Numbered from the stretch's first letter, positions 17,878-29,700 are shown. The stretch: DNA of 64,000 bases from Ignavibacteria bacterium UBA7675 (GCA_002483085.1 DLHF01000046.1:5313-69312); one strand, 5' to 3'. Notes: generated from the letters alone by a model not told the origin. Translations and numbers: made by a program.

Positions 17878-20220
17878 TTATGATGAAGTTTCTGCCGCCG
17901 ATGTCGTCGTTGCCACAGGATACGTCGTATGGCATTTGGGGCATTTTTTGAATTCGCCCTCGTCTTTTTTCCAGTGCACTTCTAAATAATTGTTGCCGCA
18001 ATTGGCGCAGGCTTCGTTCACAGGCTTGTAGTTGCTGATAAAGTCGCATTCCGGATAGCGCGAACAGCCCCAGAATGTACGCTTCATCTTGCCCCCCTTG
18101 CGCTCTACAATATGGCCGTCGTTGCACTTCGGACAGGTAATGCCCGATGGAATTTGTTTAATGCCCTTGCACTTCGGATACTGCGAACAGCCGTAAAACT
18201 TGCCGTAGCGGCCAGAGCGGACGTACATAGCCGAACCGCATAAATCGCAGGATACTCCTTCGGCAAGCACAGGCTCCGACGATTCTTCTGCGTCGCCACT
18301 GAGCTGCTTCAGCGTTTTGGTGTTGTCGCACTCCGGATAGCGTGTACAGCCAAAGAACGCGCCAAACCTGCCAATCTTCATGGCCATAGGCGAGCCGCAC
18401 TTATCGCAGATGATCTCCGGTATATCGCCTTTTTCCTCGGCGTTTTTCATGGAGAGCTTAAAGGGAATATAGAAATCATCCATCACCTCTTTATAGGTGT
18501 GCATCCCTTCGGCAATAGTGTCGAGCTCCTCTTCCATCATCGCTGTAAATTTTACATTGAACAGCTCTGGAAAATTCTTTACAAGCACCTGGCTTACATC
18601 CATACCAAGGTTGGTAGGTGTAAAGCGTTTGTCTTTTATTTCTACGTACTTGCGGTCCTGAATTGTACTTACAATGGACGCGTATGTACTGGGCCTGCCT
18701 ATGCCCTGCGCCTCCAATTCCTTTACAAGCGTTGCCTCGGTAAAGCGCGGCGGCGCTTTGGTAAACGACTGCTTCGGCGAAGCGTCCTTTAAGTCCACAT
18801 CTTCGGCCACGTGAAGCCCGTCGGGGAGTGCCCGGGAAGCGTCTTCGTCGCTGCCATCTTCGTCGCGTACATCTTCGTAAGCAGCCAGAAAGCCTTTAAA
18901 CTTTATTACCGAGCCATTGGCGCGGAATACGAAGTCTCCTCCGGTCATGGTCACGGCGGTCTGCTCTACAAGAGCGGCAGCCATTTGCGAAGCGAGAAAG
19001 CGGTTGTAGATAAGCTCGTACAAATCTGCCGTTTTTTTGTCGACATGCCTGCGCACCTGTTTCGGCGTGTATTCAAGCGTTGTCGGGCGGATGGCTTCGT
19101 GAGCGTCCTGCACATTCGAGGCTTTGGTCTTGTACTCCGGCGGAGCGTCGGGCAGATAGCTGTCGCCATACACGTTGGCAATAGTCTCGCGGGCAGCAAG
19201 CTGAGCCTCGCCGCTGATACGCACCGAGTCGGTACGCATATAGGTAATAAGCCCTACATCGCCGTCGGCACCCATCGATACGCCTTCGTACAGATTCTGA
19301 GCGATCTGCATCGTGCGCTTGGCATTCAGCCCTACGCGGCGCGATGCTTCCTGCTGAAGCGTACTAGTCGTAAATGGCGCCGGTGGCTTGCGCTTCATTT
19401 CCTTGCTCTGCACATCTGTAATCGAGTAGGCTTCGCGCTTGATACGCTCCAGCAGTGCTTGCGCCTGCTCTCCAGTGCGGATAAAGTGTGTCTTGTCGAG
19501 CTCTTTGTTTTTCTCGTCGTCGGCAGAACCCTCAGGATTGCGTATATCCCGGCCCTCAAAGCGTACAAGCCGCGCAGAAAACGCATTTTTTGCTCCGGCA
19601 GCCTTGTGCAGCGCAAATGTGCCGTAGATCGTCCAGTATTCAATAGGACGAAATCTGCGGATATCTTCCTCCCGCTCGCAGATAAGCCTGAGAGCTACCG
19701 ATTGCACACGCCCCGCCGACAGCGGCGACGATGTCTTGGTAGCCATGGCTCGCCACAAAAACGGTGATACTTCAAAGCCGATGAGACGATCCACTACACG
19801 CCGAGCCTGCTGCGACATAAACAGCTCTTCGTCGATGTCGCGCGGGGCAGCAATGCCCTTTTCCACACCCGACTTTGTAATCTCGTTGAACAGCACGCGC
19901 TTGATATTCGTATTGTCCTTGCGCACTTCTTCGGCAATGTGCCACGCTATGGCCTCTCCTTCGCGGTCGGGGTCAGTCGCAATGAGCACTTTCTGAGCCT
20001 TGGAAGCCAAGTCCTTGAGTTTTTTTACAATATCACCTTTGCCCTTTATCGTTACATAGCGCGGCTTGTAGTCTTTCTCTACATCGACACCCATGTTAGA
20101 CTTTACGAGGTCTTTGATATGACCAACCGATGCTTCCACGATATAGCTGCTGCCGAGATATTTATTGATCGTTTTTGCTTTTGCCGGAGATTCTACGACA
20201 ACTAATGTTTTCTTGGCCAT
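17878..20220 (-). CDS. topA: DNA topoisomerase I with C-terminal Zn-ribbon repeats
   Basis: TOPRIM N-terminus (LVVVESPAKAKTI), catalytic Tyr region, and four C-terminal CxxC..CxxC zinc-ribbon modules. Confidence 0.95.
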   Translation of the reverse strand: MAKKTLVVVESPAKAKTINKYLGSSYIVEASVGHIKDLVKSNMGVDVEKDYKPRYVTIKGKGDIVKKLKDLASKAQKVLIATDPDREGEAIAWHIAEEVRKDNTNIKRVLFNEITKSGVEKGIAAPRDIDEELFMSQQARRVVDRLIGFEVSPFLWRAMATKTSSPLSAGRVQSVALRLICEREEDIRRFRPIEYWTIYGTFALHKAAGAKNAFSARLVRFEGRDIRNPEGSADDEKNKELDKTHFIRTGEQAQALLERIKREAYSITDVQSKEMKRKPPAPFTTSTLQQEASRRVGLNAKRTMQIAQNLYEGVSMGADGDVGLITYMRTDSVRISGEAQLAARETIANVYGDSYLPDAPPEYKTKASNVQDAHEAIRPTTLEYTPKQVRRHVDKKTADLYELIYNRFLASQMAAALVEQTAVTMTGGDFVFRANGSVIKFKGFLAAYEDVRDEDGSDEDASRALPDGLHVAEDVDLKDASPKQSFTKAPPRFTEATLVKELEAQGIGRPSTYASIVSTIQDRKYVEIKDKRFTPTNLGMDVSQVLVKNFPELFNVKFTAMMEEELDTIAEGMHTYKEVMDDFYIPFKLSMKNAEEKGDIPEIICDKCGSPMAMKIGRFGAFFGCTRYPECDNTKTLKQLSGDAEESSEPVLAEGVSCDLCGSAMYVRSGRYGKFYGCSQYPKCKGIKQIPSGITCPKCNDGHIVERKGGKMKRTFWGCSRYPECDFISNYKPVNEACANCGNNYLEVHWKKDEGEFKKCPKCHTTYPVATTTSAAETSS

Positions 20221-20590
20221 GCTCTCTGTATCTGCTCAAAAATGTAACAAGACTATATGTACCAGATATTCTCCTCTGCCGGTCAACGACAGGATGTAAT
20301 CAGCGCCTGGCCGGTGGTTGTCCCTGTGGAGGTACATCTCCGTAACAGCCAGTACACTGCACAGCACAACCCTGCACTCTATAGGCCGCTGCCGCGCGTA
20401 GAGTTCCAATTTACAAGGATTTTGCACAATGTCAAATTTCAGTAGCAAGCATTATCTTTTCCTGATAGATGCCGGAGCTTCAGGCGTTTTCCCCGGCCCC
20501 GGGCTACAGGCTTTGCCTGATACCGCAGATTTCCGCTCTCGTAAAAGCCGGAAAATGCGTATTTTAAAGCAACATTTTTTCGGAGTACGC

Positions 20591-22015
20591 ATGACTGTCA
20601 TGATCCAGCCCTACAAGCCCCTGAACAAGATACGCATTGTTACGGCGGCTTCCCTGTTCGATGGCCACGACGCAGCAATTAATATTATGCGCCGTATTCT
20701 GCAATCTACCGGTGCGGAGGTGATCCACCTCGGACACAATCGATCAGTGCAGGAAATCGTGGACTGCGCTATCCAGGAAGATGTCCAGTCCATCGCCATT
20801 ACAAGCTACCAGGGCGGCCACGTCGAGTATTTTAAGTATATGTACGACCTGCTGCACGAAAAAGGAGCTGGCCATATTAATATTTTTGGCGGCGGCGGCG
20901 GCACAATCCTGCCCTCGGAAATTGAAGAGCTGCACGCCTATGGTATCACTCGAATCTACTCCCCCGACGACGGACGCGCCCTTGGATTGCAGGGTATGAT
21001 CAATGATGTGATGGAGAAATCTGATGTTGTTCCACCCGTCTCCTTCGGAGACGATTTTGTGGAAAATGTTCGGGGCAAAAATGCTCTTGCGCTGGCTCAG
21101 GCTATCACCCTTATAGAAAACGATCCCGCTCGTTCGGCTCAGTTGCTCGCAGCGCTCGGCACGCCCGCCAAAGTAATTCCCGTGCTCGGCATCACTGGTA
21201 CTGGTGGCGCTGGGAAGTCGTCGCTTACCGATGAACTCGTGCGCCGCTTTCTCGAAGATTTCCCCGACAAAACTATTGCTGTGATGTCGGTGGACCCCTC
21301 CAAACGCAAAACCGGCGGAGCACTGCTCGGCGACCGTATTCGCATGAATGCCGTGGGCAATGAGCGCGTGTATATGCGTTCGTTCGCCACACGCGAAGCA
21401 AATGTAGCGCTGAACCGCAATGTGCGCACGTCTATCGATGTGCTGAAAGCCGCTGGCTTCGATCTCATTATCGTAGAAACTGCCGGTATCGGGCAAAGCG
21501 ATTCGCAAATTACCGATGTAGCCGATGTATCACTCTATGTGATGACTCCCGAATACGGTGCTGCCAGCCAGCTCGAAAAAATAGATATGATCGACTATGC
21601 CGATATTATCGCGCTGAATAAATTCGACAAACGCGGGGCTCTCGACGCTCTGCGCGATGTAAAAAAACAATACCAGCGCAGCCGTGGCCTCTGGAACATA
21701 AAGCCCGATGAAATGCCCGTGTACGGCTCCATTGCCTCGCAGTTCAACGACCCCGGCACCAATGCGCTGTACAGAGCGATCATCGATAAAATTATGGAAA
21801 AAGTACCGCTCGGATGGCAATCGTCGTTCTACTCTACCGATGAAATGAGCGAAAAAATTTACATTATTCCGCCCGACCGCACCCGATACCTCGCCGAAAT
21901 TGCAGAGGAATCGCAGCGCTACGATAAGCTCGTGGAAGAGCAATCAGATGTAGCTCGCAAGCTGTTTCAAATCAAAGGAACAATCGAAGTGCTGAAAGAG
22001 CGCGCAACCAAGTAA
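20591..22015 (+). CDS. B12-binding domain fused to MeaB/ArgK-type G-protein chaperone (N-terminal two thirds of an IcmF-like fused acyl-CoA mutase)
   Basis: ATG at 20591 (MTVMIQPY). B12-binding Rossmann domain with DxHxxG-type motif ([11 protein letters not shown]). GTPase P-loop [12 protein letters not shown], switch regions and NKFD. Confidence 0.85.
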   Translation: MTVMIQPYKPLNKIRIVTAASLFDGHDAAINIMRRILQSTGAEVIHLGHNRSVQEIVDCAIQEDVQSIAITSYQGGHVEYFKYMYDLLHEKGAGHINIFGGGGGTILPSEIEELHAYGITRIYSPDDGRALGLQGMINDVMEKSDVVPPVSFGDDFVENVRGKNALALAQAITLIENDPARSAQLLAALGTPAKVIPVLGITGTGGAGKSSLTDELVRRFLEDFPDKTIAVMSVDPSKRKTGGALLGDRIRMNAVGNERVYMRSFATREANVALNRNVRTSIDVLKAAGFDLIIVETAGIGQSDSQITDVADVSLYVMTPEYGAASQLEKIDMIDYADIIALNKFDKRGALDALRDVKKQYQRSRGLWNIKPDEMPVYGSIASQFNDPGTNALYRAIIDKIMEKVPLGWQSSFYSTDEMSEKIYIIPPDRTRYLAEIAEESQRYDKLVEEQSDVARKLFQIKGTIEVLKERATK

Positions 22016-22036
22016 TCCTTCTCTGCTGAAGTGCTA

Positions 22037-22064
22037 AAGCCAGGGCGTTGCTCTGGCTTTTTTG
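22037..22064 (+). terminator. rho-independent terminator after the B12/MeaB gene
   Basis: AGCCAG-ggcgttgct-CTGGCTTTTTTG. Confidence 0.7.
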
Positions 22065-22094
22065 TTGTACAGCAGTGGGGTCCTATCGGTCATG

Positions 22095-22288
22095 GCGCTT
22101 CGGCCTCCGCCCTCGTGTTGCCTCTCCGCACCGCGCAGCACAGCCGCAGCATGGCTTTTCAACCGTCACCCGCAAGAAAAAGGCCACCCGCACATGCAAC
22201 GACGGCTGGCGGAAAACTTCCGAACTACACGACAACGGGTGTGCGACCGGCGACAGCGGCTGAACGCCAGAGCGAAGAAGCCCGTGCC
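22095..22288. repeat. composite repeat-family copy (module B forward + module A reverse)
   Basis: GCGCTTCGGCCTCCGCC...CTCTCCGCACCGCGCAGCACAGCCGCAGCATGG. Then GTGTGCGACCGGCGACAGCGGC...GAAGCCCGTGCC. Confidence 0.65.
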
Positions 22289-22436
22289 CATACATTACCT
22301 TCGCAGAAGAACTAAAGGCAGCTCCAGACTAAAAAAAACGGGACGAAAGAAGGAACTGTTTGCTGGTGAGTTTTTTTGTATGTTACGGAATCGCTCGAAG
22401 CAACAGGAAAGATTGTATCCTATGCGGGGAGAAACT

Positions 22437-25400
22437 ATGAACATTGTACGCTCGCGCTGCCTTCTACTGATACTTTTGTACTGTCTTCTGGCCGCTGCAT
22501 CTCTTCCGGCTGTAGCTCAGCCCGACACGCGCGGGCAGGAGTTTTACCTCACCTTTCCACCTAATTTTCACAATAACCTCGACAATCCACAGGCCAGCCT
22601 TATCGACAGCCTGTATATTTTTATTGCAGCAACCGAACCAACAACAGGCCAGATTGCCTACCGAGACATCGACAACAACGCATTTGTCGTCAATTATTCG
22701 ATTACTGATCCCTCGCAGGTGTACACATTCGGCATACCGTGGATAGACTTTGAACTGCGTGGATTCAACGACAGCGGTACGCTTATCAGCTACCATCAAA
22801 GCGCGAGTATTGCTCCACAGTCCTTTCGCATTACCAGCAGCAAAGACGTAGCAGTCTACGCCCTGAATCGCGCCGAAACAACCAGCGATGCCATGCTCGT
22901 GCTGCCCACAGATGTGCTTGGTACAAAGTACCGCGTCATGGCGTACAATTCGGATTTTCGCGGCAATGAGGACATGGACACGCCTTCGCAACTGGCCGTT
23001 GTAGCCACGCGCGATAATACGGTGCTCACGATTCAGCCCACCGTGCCTGTGATGGGCTCCACACTGGGCACGATCACAGTACGCCTGAACGCAGGTAATT
23101 CCTACTTGCTACAGGCTGCTCCCGGCGGACAATTGCCCGACCTGACCGGCACACTTGTAGAGTCGACTCAACCAGTAGCTGTATTCGGCGGCCACCAGCG
23201 CACACGCCTGCCAGTGCAAGACCCCTCGATGAACTCTCGCGATTACCTCATCGAGCAGATTCCCCCGATAGATGTGTGGGGCAAAAGCTATATCCTCACG
23301 CCCTTTCCCCCACCCGATAACCAGCAGGAAGAAGTCGTCGATATCGTGCGTGTGCTCGCTGCCAACGACAATACACAAGTGTTCATCGCAGACGAGCTCA
23401 AAGCCACGCTTGCCGCAGGTGAAGTATATGAAGAACTGCTACAAACAGCGTCGTTGCTCACCGCTTCGGAGAATGTGCTTGTAGCACAGTACAAGCAGAC
23501 CTCGCGGGATGGCGGCAACCTGCGCCTCGCCGACCCGTTTATGATCATTGTCCCGCCTCGAAAGCAGTTCCTTCAGTCGTACCTGTGTATCAATGCACAA
23601 TCCTACGCAGATAAGCGCATTTATTTCCGGCAGTACATGACCCTGATATGCCACAAGAATTATGTTGCCTCGATGACAATCGACGGCGCGCAAGTCAACG
23701 CTGCCCTGTTCAAAGATATTCCCGGCACGTGCTACACATACGCTTGGGTTCCTACAAGCGACGGCTCGCATCATGTAGAAGGGCAAAATCCATTTGGCCT
23801 CTATGTGTATGGCTACGGCACATTGGATTCCTACGGCTATACCGGCGGAATGGCTTTCCACAAAGAAGATGAAGACTTCGTCCATGTTTCGTCGGATACC
23901 GTGCTCTGCACTGGCGACAGCCTACAGCTTTCCATCACAGGAGGCACTTCTTATTCGTGGTCGCCTGCCAACGGGCTGAGCTGTACCGACTGTGCAAACC
24001 CAGTAGCGAAGCCCCAAACAGCTACAACCTATAACGTGTCGTTCACCGATGCCTTTGGCTGCGAACACAAGCGCAGTATTGCGGTCGATGTACAGCCCTA
24101 TCCAAAGCCGGTGGTAAGCAGCGATACAACAATGTGCAGTGGGCAATCGGTTGTGCTCAAAGCTTCGGGTGGGCGCTTCTATCAGTGGTCGCCATCCAGT
24201 GGGCTGAGCTGCACCGATTGTGCATCGCCTACAGCAAACCCGACTAAAACAACGACATACACCGTGGTAATAAGCAACGGCGGTACGTGCTTTGCTACAG
24301 ACAGCGTCACGGTTGCCGTCCGCTTTGCTCCGATTGATGCTCTGCCATCCGATACACTGATGTGCACGAACGATTCCATAGCCTTTCATCTGCCGGCAGA
24401 AGGCTTTTCTTACAAGTGGACACCGGCTACAGGGCTGAGCTGTACCGATTGCCCTAATCCTATAGCTCGACCGACCAAAACGACAAAATACATTGTAGTA
24501 ATGACCAACGACGCTGGCTGCAAAGTCGCCAAAGCTGTGACGGTGACTGTGGTAGCTCTGCCGATTGTCAATATTACACGCGACCTTACGCTGTGCAGCA
24601 ACGATCCGCCGGTAAGGCTGCTCGCTAAAGGCGGTAATTATTACCAGTGGTCGCCCGCCGATGGGCTGAGCTGTACCGACTGCGCGAGCCCGCTCGCGAA
24701 ACCGTCGGCAACAACAACCTACACTGTACATATTTCTATTACCAATACCTGTGCGGCAACAACAACTGTCACTATTACTGTACCGCCCACACCGGTGCCG
24801 GATATTTCTACCGATACAACAGTGTGCCTGAATACTGCTGTGCAACTGCACGCTTCGGGCGGAACAACATACGCGTGGTCGCCTGCCGATGGACTGAGCT
24901 GCACCACCTGCCCCGATCCGCTCGCGCTTCCGCAGAAAAGCACCTTGTATCGCGTAGCAATAGCCAACGACGAAGGCTGCTCTGTAGAAGACAGCGTGCA
25001 AGTTACGGTGATTAGTCCTGCCGACATATCCGTGAGCCCCGATGTGGAAGTATGCCGGGGTTCTTCGGCTTCGCTGAGCGCTAGCGGTGGAAGCGCCTAC
25101 CAGTGGTCGCCCGCCGATGGGCTGAGCTGTACCGATTGCCCGGCTCCTGAGGCTACGCCGAACGAAACAACGATCTACACCGTTGTCATTACTGGCTCCG
25201 GCGGCTGTATGGTAGAGCGCTCCGTAGCTGTTACCGTCCTTCCTGCCCCTCAGCTTGTCGTCGGCCCGGATGCTTCTGTGTGCCGTGGACAAAGCACAGT
25301 TCTCCAGGCATCAGGAGGCGTAGATTATGAGTGGTGGCCTGCGACCAGCCTAAGCTGTAGTAATTGCTCCAACCCTACAGCTACTCCCACATCAACAACA

Positions 25401-26510
25401 CAGTATTATGTGCGGGCGTCGAATGGAAGTTGTTCGCAGATCGACTCCGTGATGGTAACAGTAGCCCCCTGCAATCTGAAAGCAGAGTTCTCTACAGAAG
25501 AATTTCCTCCGCTGCTGCTGTGCAATTCTGCCGAAGGCCGATGCGTATTTCGCAATACCGGAGAAGACCCGATTATCGTAACAAGCTGGCAAATCAGCGA
25601 GGATAAAACATCTTCCTTTGTGCTGCGCGAGCTTGGCCTGACACCGCCGTACACCCTTGCCCCGAGCGATTCGTTAGTGTTTGGCATCGGATTCCAGCCT
25701 CAGCAAACTGGCTCGCTATCAGCCTTGCTCACGATTACAGTACAGGACGCTCCAGTATTTACGCAAAAACTGTCGGGAGAGGGCTACAAAAGAACACTTT
25801 CTCTTTCGCTGGGACCGGACATCTACACAACAATCGGCGATACAATTGCACTGCATATTGTTGCTGCTTGCGACAACTGGAGCGAAGCGCAGATTAGTAA
25901 GATATTGCTCGATATTACCTATCCTATCCAATGGCTAGCCTACAGTGGTACGGCAACCGCCATCGATCCATCGTGGCAAGTGTCGGCTGCCGAACTTCCC
26001 GGCGCAGACCGCGAAGAAAAGACTTTGCACATCTCTGTTGAGGGCAGCCAGCCTCTGACTGCTAATGGCACGGTGGCGACTGTTTACATTATTCCATTCC
26101 TTACAACACAGCAAGTGTACACGCCCCGAGTCTCGGCTTCTGCCCCGGACCGGGAAGTCTGCGTGGCAACTGTTGCCGAAGCAAATTCAATCGACTTAAC
26201 ACTGTGCGTACCGCATCTGCGCCCCATACGCTACAGCGGCTCGGCCTACAAGTTTGAAATCGCAGGCGGCACAGCAGCTTCGGGCGAACATGTGCATGTG
26301 TATTACGGAGTAGCTCTCCAAGCACATTCCACAATTGAGCTCTACGACTGCCTTGGGCAATTGCTCCGCACTATCGACCTCGGAACGCTGGATGCAGGGG
26401 ACTACCGGCACGAGATAGAGATGCAGAACCTCTCACGTGGCATGTATATCATGCGCTATAAATCAGGGCCATACAGTCGCAGTATTCCTTTTCTCTTCGG
26501 CGCTGAATAG
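22437..26510 (+). CDS. giant T9SS cargo protein, paralogue 1: ~480-aa N-terminal domain (IgGFc-binding-N-like, tentative), 7 Cys-containing Ig-like repeats, conserved ~300-aa region, T9SS C-terminal sorting domain
   Basis: GGGGAGAAActATG at 22437 with signal peptide MNIVRSRCLLLILLYCLLAAASLPAVAQP. The listed ORF extends back through the repeat to 22062. Seven repeats of the type Y.WSP..GLSCTDC..P.A.P..TT.Y. C-terminus IELYDCLGQLLRTIDLG...GMYIMRYKSGPYSRSIPFLF. Confidence 0.8.
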   Translation: MNIVRSRCLLLILLYCLLAAASLPAVAQPDTRGQEFYLTFPPNFHNNLDNPQASLIDSLYIFIAATEPTTGQIAYRDIDNNAFVVNYSITDPSQVYTFGIPWIDFELRGFNDSGTLISYHQSASIAPQSFRITSSKDVAVYALNRAETTSDAMLVLPTDVLGTKYRVMAYNSDFRGNEDMDTPSQLAVVATRDNTVLTIQPTVPVMGSTLGTITVRLNAGNSYLLQAAPGGQLPDLTGTLVESTQPVAVFGGHQRTRLPVQDPSMNSRDYLIEQIPPIDVWGKSYILTPFPPPDNQQEEVVDIVRVLAANDNTQVFIADELKATLAAGEVYEELLQTASLLTASENVLVAQYKQTSRDGGNLRLADPFMIIVPPRKQFLQSYLCINAQSYADKRIYFRQYMTLICHKNYVASMTIDGAQVNAALFKDIPGTCYTYAWVPTSDGSHHVEGQNPFGLYVYGYGTLDSYGYTGGMAFHKEDEDFVHVSSDTVLCTGDSLQLSITGGTSYSWSPANGLSCTDCANPVAKPQTATTYNVSFTDAFGCEHKRSIAVDVQPYPKPVVSSDTTMCSGQSVVLKASGGRFYQWSPSSGLSCTDCASPTANPTKTTTYTVVISNGGTCFATDSVTVAVRFAPIDALPSDTLMCTNDSIAFHLPAEGFSYKWTPATGLSCTDCPNPIARPTKTTKYIVVMTNDAGCKVAKAVTVTVVALPIVNITRDLTLCSNDPPVRLLAKGGNYYQWSPADGLSCTDCASPLAKPSATTTYTVHISITNTCAATTTVTITVPPTPVPDISTDTTVCLNTAVQLHASGGTTYAWSPADGLSCTTCPDPLALPQKSTLYRVAIANDEGCSVEDSVQVTVISPADISVSPDVEVCRGSSASLSASGGSAYQWSPADGLSCTDCPAPEATPNETTIYTVVITGSGGCMVERSVAVTVLPAPQLVVGPDASVCRGQSTVLQASGGVDYEWWPATSLSCSNCSNPTATPTSTTQYYVRASNGSCSQIDSVMVTVAPCNLKAEFSTEEFPPLLLCNSAEGRCVFRNTGEDPIIVTSWQISEDKTSSFVLRELGLTPPYTLAPSDSLVFGIGFQPQQTGSLSALLTITVQDAPVFTQKLSGEGYKRTLSLSLGPDIYTTIGDTIALHIVAACDNWSEAQISKILLDITYPIQWLAYSGTATAIDPSWQVSAAELPGADREEKTLHISVEGSQPLTANGTVATVYIIPFLTTQQVYTPRVSASAPDREVCVATVAEANSIDLTLCVPHLRPIRYSGSAYKFEIAGGTAASGEHVHVYYGVALQAHSTIELYDCLGQLLRTIDLGTLDAGDYRHEIEMQNLSRGMYIMRYKSGPYSRSIPFLFGAE

Positions 26511-26599
26511 TGGGAAAACCAGCGTCGGTTTTGCGGGACACAATCATGCCGGGTATGTATTGGAGCTACCTACAGTTGATGACAAAAATAAAAAATGGT

Positions 26600-26732
26600 G
26601 GCACGGGCGTCGCTCGGGCGCTCGGCTCGTCGCTGTCACCGGTCGCAAAACCGCTGCGGTGGAGGTCGGCCAGCCACGCAACGGCAATGCTGCGCGGTGC
26701 GGAGACCCAAAGCAAGAGCGAAGACGGCGGCG
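26600..26732. repeat. compact full-length repeat element (module A forward + module B reverse, ~133 bp)
   Basis: GGCACGGGCGTCGCTCGGGCGCTCGGCTCGTCGCTGTCACCGGTCGCAAAACCGCTGCGGTGG...CCACGCAACGGCAATGCTGCGCGGTGCGGAGACCCAAAGCAAGAGCGAAGACGGCGGCGC. Coordinates may be off by 1 here (see rejected note). Confidence 0.7.
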
Positions 26733-26782
26733 CTCTTATTGCAAAAGCTAAAAAGCACGATGCTCAGCAGCACCAGGCTCTA

Positions 26783-29700
26783 TTGGCAGTTCGCGTGCTG
26801 ATCGTATTCTTGGCATTGGTATGTCTACCCGCTATGTGCAGCGCAGCGGGACAGCCCGACAACAGAGGCGTTGATTTTTACTTCACGTTCCTGCCCAATT
26901 ATCACAGCAACGACAACTCCAATATACGCGATAGCCTGTACCTTGTCATTGCCGCCGAAGAAGCAGCAACAGGTGTGATCACACTGCGCGATATTAACGG
27001 CACGGAGACAACGATAAATTTTTCTATTCCCGATCCGGCTACCGTCTACCGCACTGGGCTTCCGTGGCGCCCGTATGAACTGCGAGGCTGCAATCGCAAC
27101 GGCACTCTCAACTTCGGCGGAGCTGATAATCAGAATGGAAAAGTTGCTCCACAGTCCGTTCATATTACCTCGGATAAAGAGGTCGCTGTCTACGCGCTCA
27201 GCCAGGCTGCAAAAACCAGCGATGCAATGATGGTGCTTCCCACAGATGTTCTCGATAGCCTCTACTACGTGATGTCTTATTATTCCGATGCCCGCGTGGA
27301 AACTGATATATTCGGTACAAAACGGCTCACAGCACAAAGCACGCCTTCGCAATGCGCTATTACAGCAGTAGAGGACAACACAGTTGTCACGATCACGCCT
27401 TCGGTTCGCGTTCGCAATGGAATAACAACGCCTTTTTCGATTACACTACAGCGGGGCGACTCCTACCTGCTCCAAGCCGATATGTACACCAATATTCCCA
27501 ACGCCGATCTTACAGGTACAGCAATAGAATCGACAAAGCCTGTTGCGGTATTTGGCGGGCATCAGCGCAGCCTGCTCCCGGTTTCCTCTACCACACTTGT
27601 TTCCCGCGATTTTCTAGCCGAGCAAATGCTCCCCGTTTCCTCCTGGGGTAAGCGCTATCTGCTCACGCCATTCCCTTCGCCGCCCAATCTGGCTGCCGGG
27701 TCCATGGATGTGTACAGGATATTAGCAGCGCACGACAACACAGAAATTCGCATCGGCGAAGCAGTAGTGGCTACCCTTCGCGCAGGCCAGTATTACCAAG
27801 CTCAGCTCAAGGAACCAGCCCTCGTAGAAGCATCGCAAGACGTGCTGGTAGCGCAGTACAAAGGCTCATCGCAGGAGAGCGACACGGACCGCCTCAGCGA
27901 CCCATTTTTTATTCTCGTGCCACCTCTCAAACAATTCCTGAAGTCATATACTTTTGCTGCTACGCAGGTGACAGCAACGCCCGCTGTGTACCGCGAACAG
28001 TATATCACAATCTTCTGCCCATCGGCAGCCTGTAGCACGATTGCTCTCGACGGCATCCAAGTAGACCAATCGCTGTTCAAACCCGTACCGCTGTCGTGCT
28101 ATTCGTATGCGTGGATTCGCGTGGGCGATGGAGCGCACAGAATTGAAGCCGAGAAAAACTTTGGGTTGTATGTGTATGGCTACGGTTTTGCAGACTCCTA
28201 TGGCTATGTAGGCGGTATGGCTTTTACCGCAGAAAAAGAACCTGCTATTGTGGCTCTGGGCGACACGACTCTGTGCCGTGGCGATACGGCGCGGCTCTCG
28301 GCTTCTGGTGGTGTATTGTACGCGTGGACGGGCGACCATCTGTCGTGTACGGATTGCCCCAATCCTACAGCCGTACCCGAGGTAAGCACTCTGTACACTG
28401 TGGCGATTACCGACGAAAATGGCTGTGCTTACGAGCGCAAAATTTCTGTGCGGGTAAATCAACCACCAATTGCGGTGTGTAGTAGCGATACGGCAATCTG
28501 TACCGGCTCGCAGGTGACAATTTCGGCATCGGGAGGGTCGGGCGTGCAGTGGTCGCCCCCAGAAGGTTTGAGCTGTGTGGATTGCCCCGCGCCAATAGCT
28601 TCCCCCCGCCAGCCGACAATGTACGTGGCTACTGTTGTCAATACATTTGGCTGCACGGCAGTCGACAGCGTGTTTGTGGATGTTTCTCCTTTTCCCATTG
28701 CTGCTATCGCCAACGACACAACCGTATGCACCGATACACCTGTGCTGCTTCAGGCATCCGGCGGTACGCGGTACGTTTGGTTTCCATCCAATGGTTTGAG
28801 CTGTACAAACTGTTCCTCGCCAACCGCGATCACAAGCCAAACTCGCATGTACTATGTGCAGGTGTTCAACGATGCGGGATGCAGCGTACTTGATTCCGTA
28901 CTTGTGACAATTAAACCATGCCAAAGTATTTCTTCGATCAATAGCGCAGTGGTATTTGGGGAGTTTTCCCTGTGCGATTCCGTCGAACAATTATGCTCAG
29001 TGAGCAATGTGGGCAACGCACCATTGGATGTTTTTTCGTGGGCACTGCGCGGTAATAATGCGACGGCATTTTCCGCCTTCCCTGTGTTGCCCAATGGCAG
29101 CGACTTTCCTGTTACGCTCGCGCCCGGCGATTCGCTGCATTTTCGGATTGTGTTTCATCCCGAATACACGGGCTCTCTTACAGCACAGCTCGCCGTACAG
29201 ACATCTGGTGCGCCAAGCGAGGCAGTGTGTGTATTGCAAGGTGGCGGCGTAAAAGGAACTGTCGCTTTTTCGCTTGTACCGCGCATCGCGGCAACGGAAG
29301 CTGGTGCTGTTGCAGGCTTCGATATTCGCGCCGACAACGGCGACTGGAACAACGCCGCACTCAACCAGCTCGTGCTTGAAGTCAACTATCAGACCGAATG
29401 GCTGGCGTATGCTGGCACAATTATTCCGGGGGCGGCTGTCGACAATACATGGCAGTTTACTGCGGAAGAACAACTGGAAGGCAATGGCACGTACACAACC
29501 GTTATCACAGCCGTGGGCGCGACGCCGCTGGCAGCATCTGGCACAATTGCGACAGTGCAAATGGATGTATTTTTAGACACCGACAGGCTGCTTACTCCTA
29601 CTCTTCGCGTTGTGCCCATAGGACGCGAACGCTGCGTGGAAGTGCAGACAACGGCAGAGCCTCTTGATGTTTCTACATGCGCCCGGCAATTGCGCCCAAT

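Noticed and set aside
20221-20590. Cobalamin riboswitch upstream of the B12-binding/MeaB gene
   Set aside because: I could not find a recognisable B12 box or the conserved riboswitch core in the 370-nt leader. The leader is long, so a cis-regulatory RNA remains possible, but is unsupported.
22062-22436. N-terminal extension of the listed 22062-26510 ORF (and similar extensions 26510-26782, 46641-46839, ORFs 5698-6338, 10600-11018, 36487-36844, 52745-52982)
   Set aside because: These read through GC-rich repeat-family copies that happen to lack stops. Canonical signal peptides with SD-like sequences begin downstream, so the extensions are almost certainly not translated.
23922-25292. Large antisense ORFs inside real genes (23922-25292 -, 27944-28990 -, 37408-38244 -, 18811-19767 +, 20744-21508 -, 54926-55792 -, 57358-58392 +, 12665-13639 +, 16928-17668 +)
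   Set aside because: They are shadow ORFs on the opposite strand of well-supported genes in GC-rich DNA. They have Cys/Arg-rich low-complexity translations and no independent signals.
26437-26512. Apparent 1-nt disagreement between my reading of the printed sequence near 26458-26461 and the provided ORF translations/coordinates
   Set aside because: Two independent listed ORFs agree with each other (implying tataaatca). So I treated the ORF track as authoritative and did not infer a biological frameshift. Coordinates I give around 26.4-26.8 kb may be off by 1.
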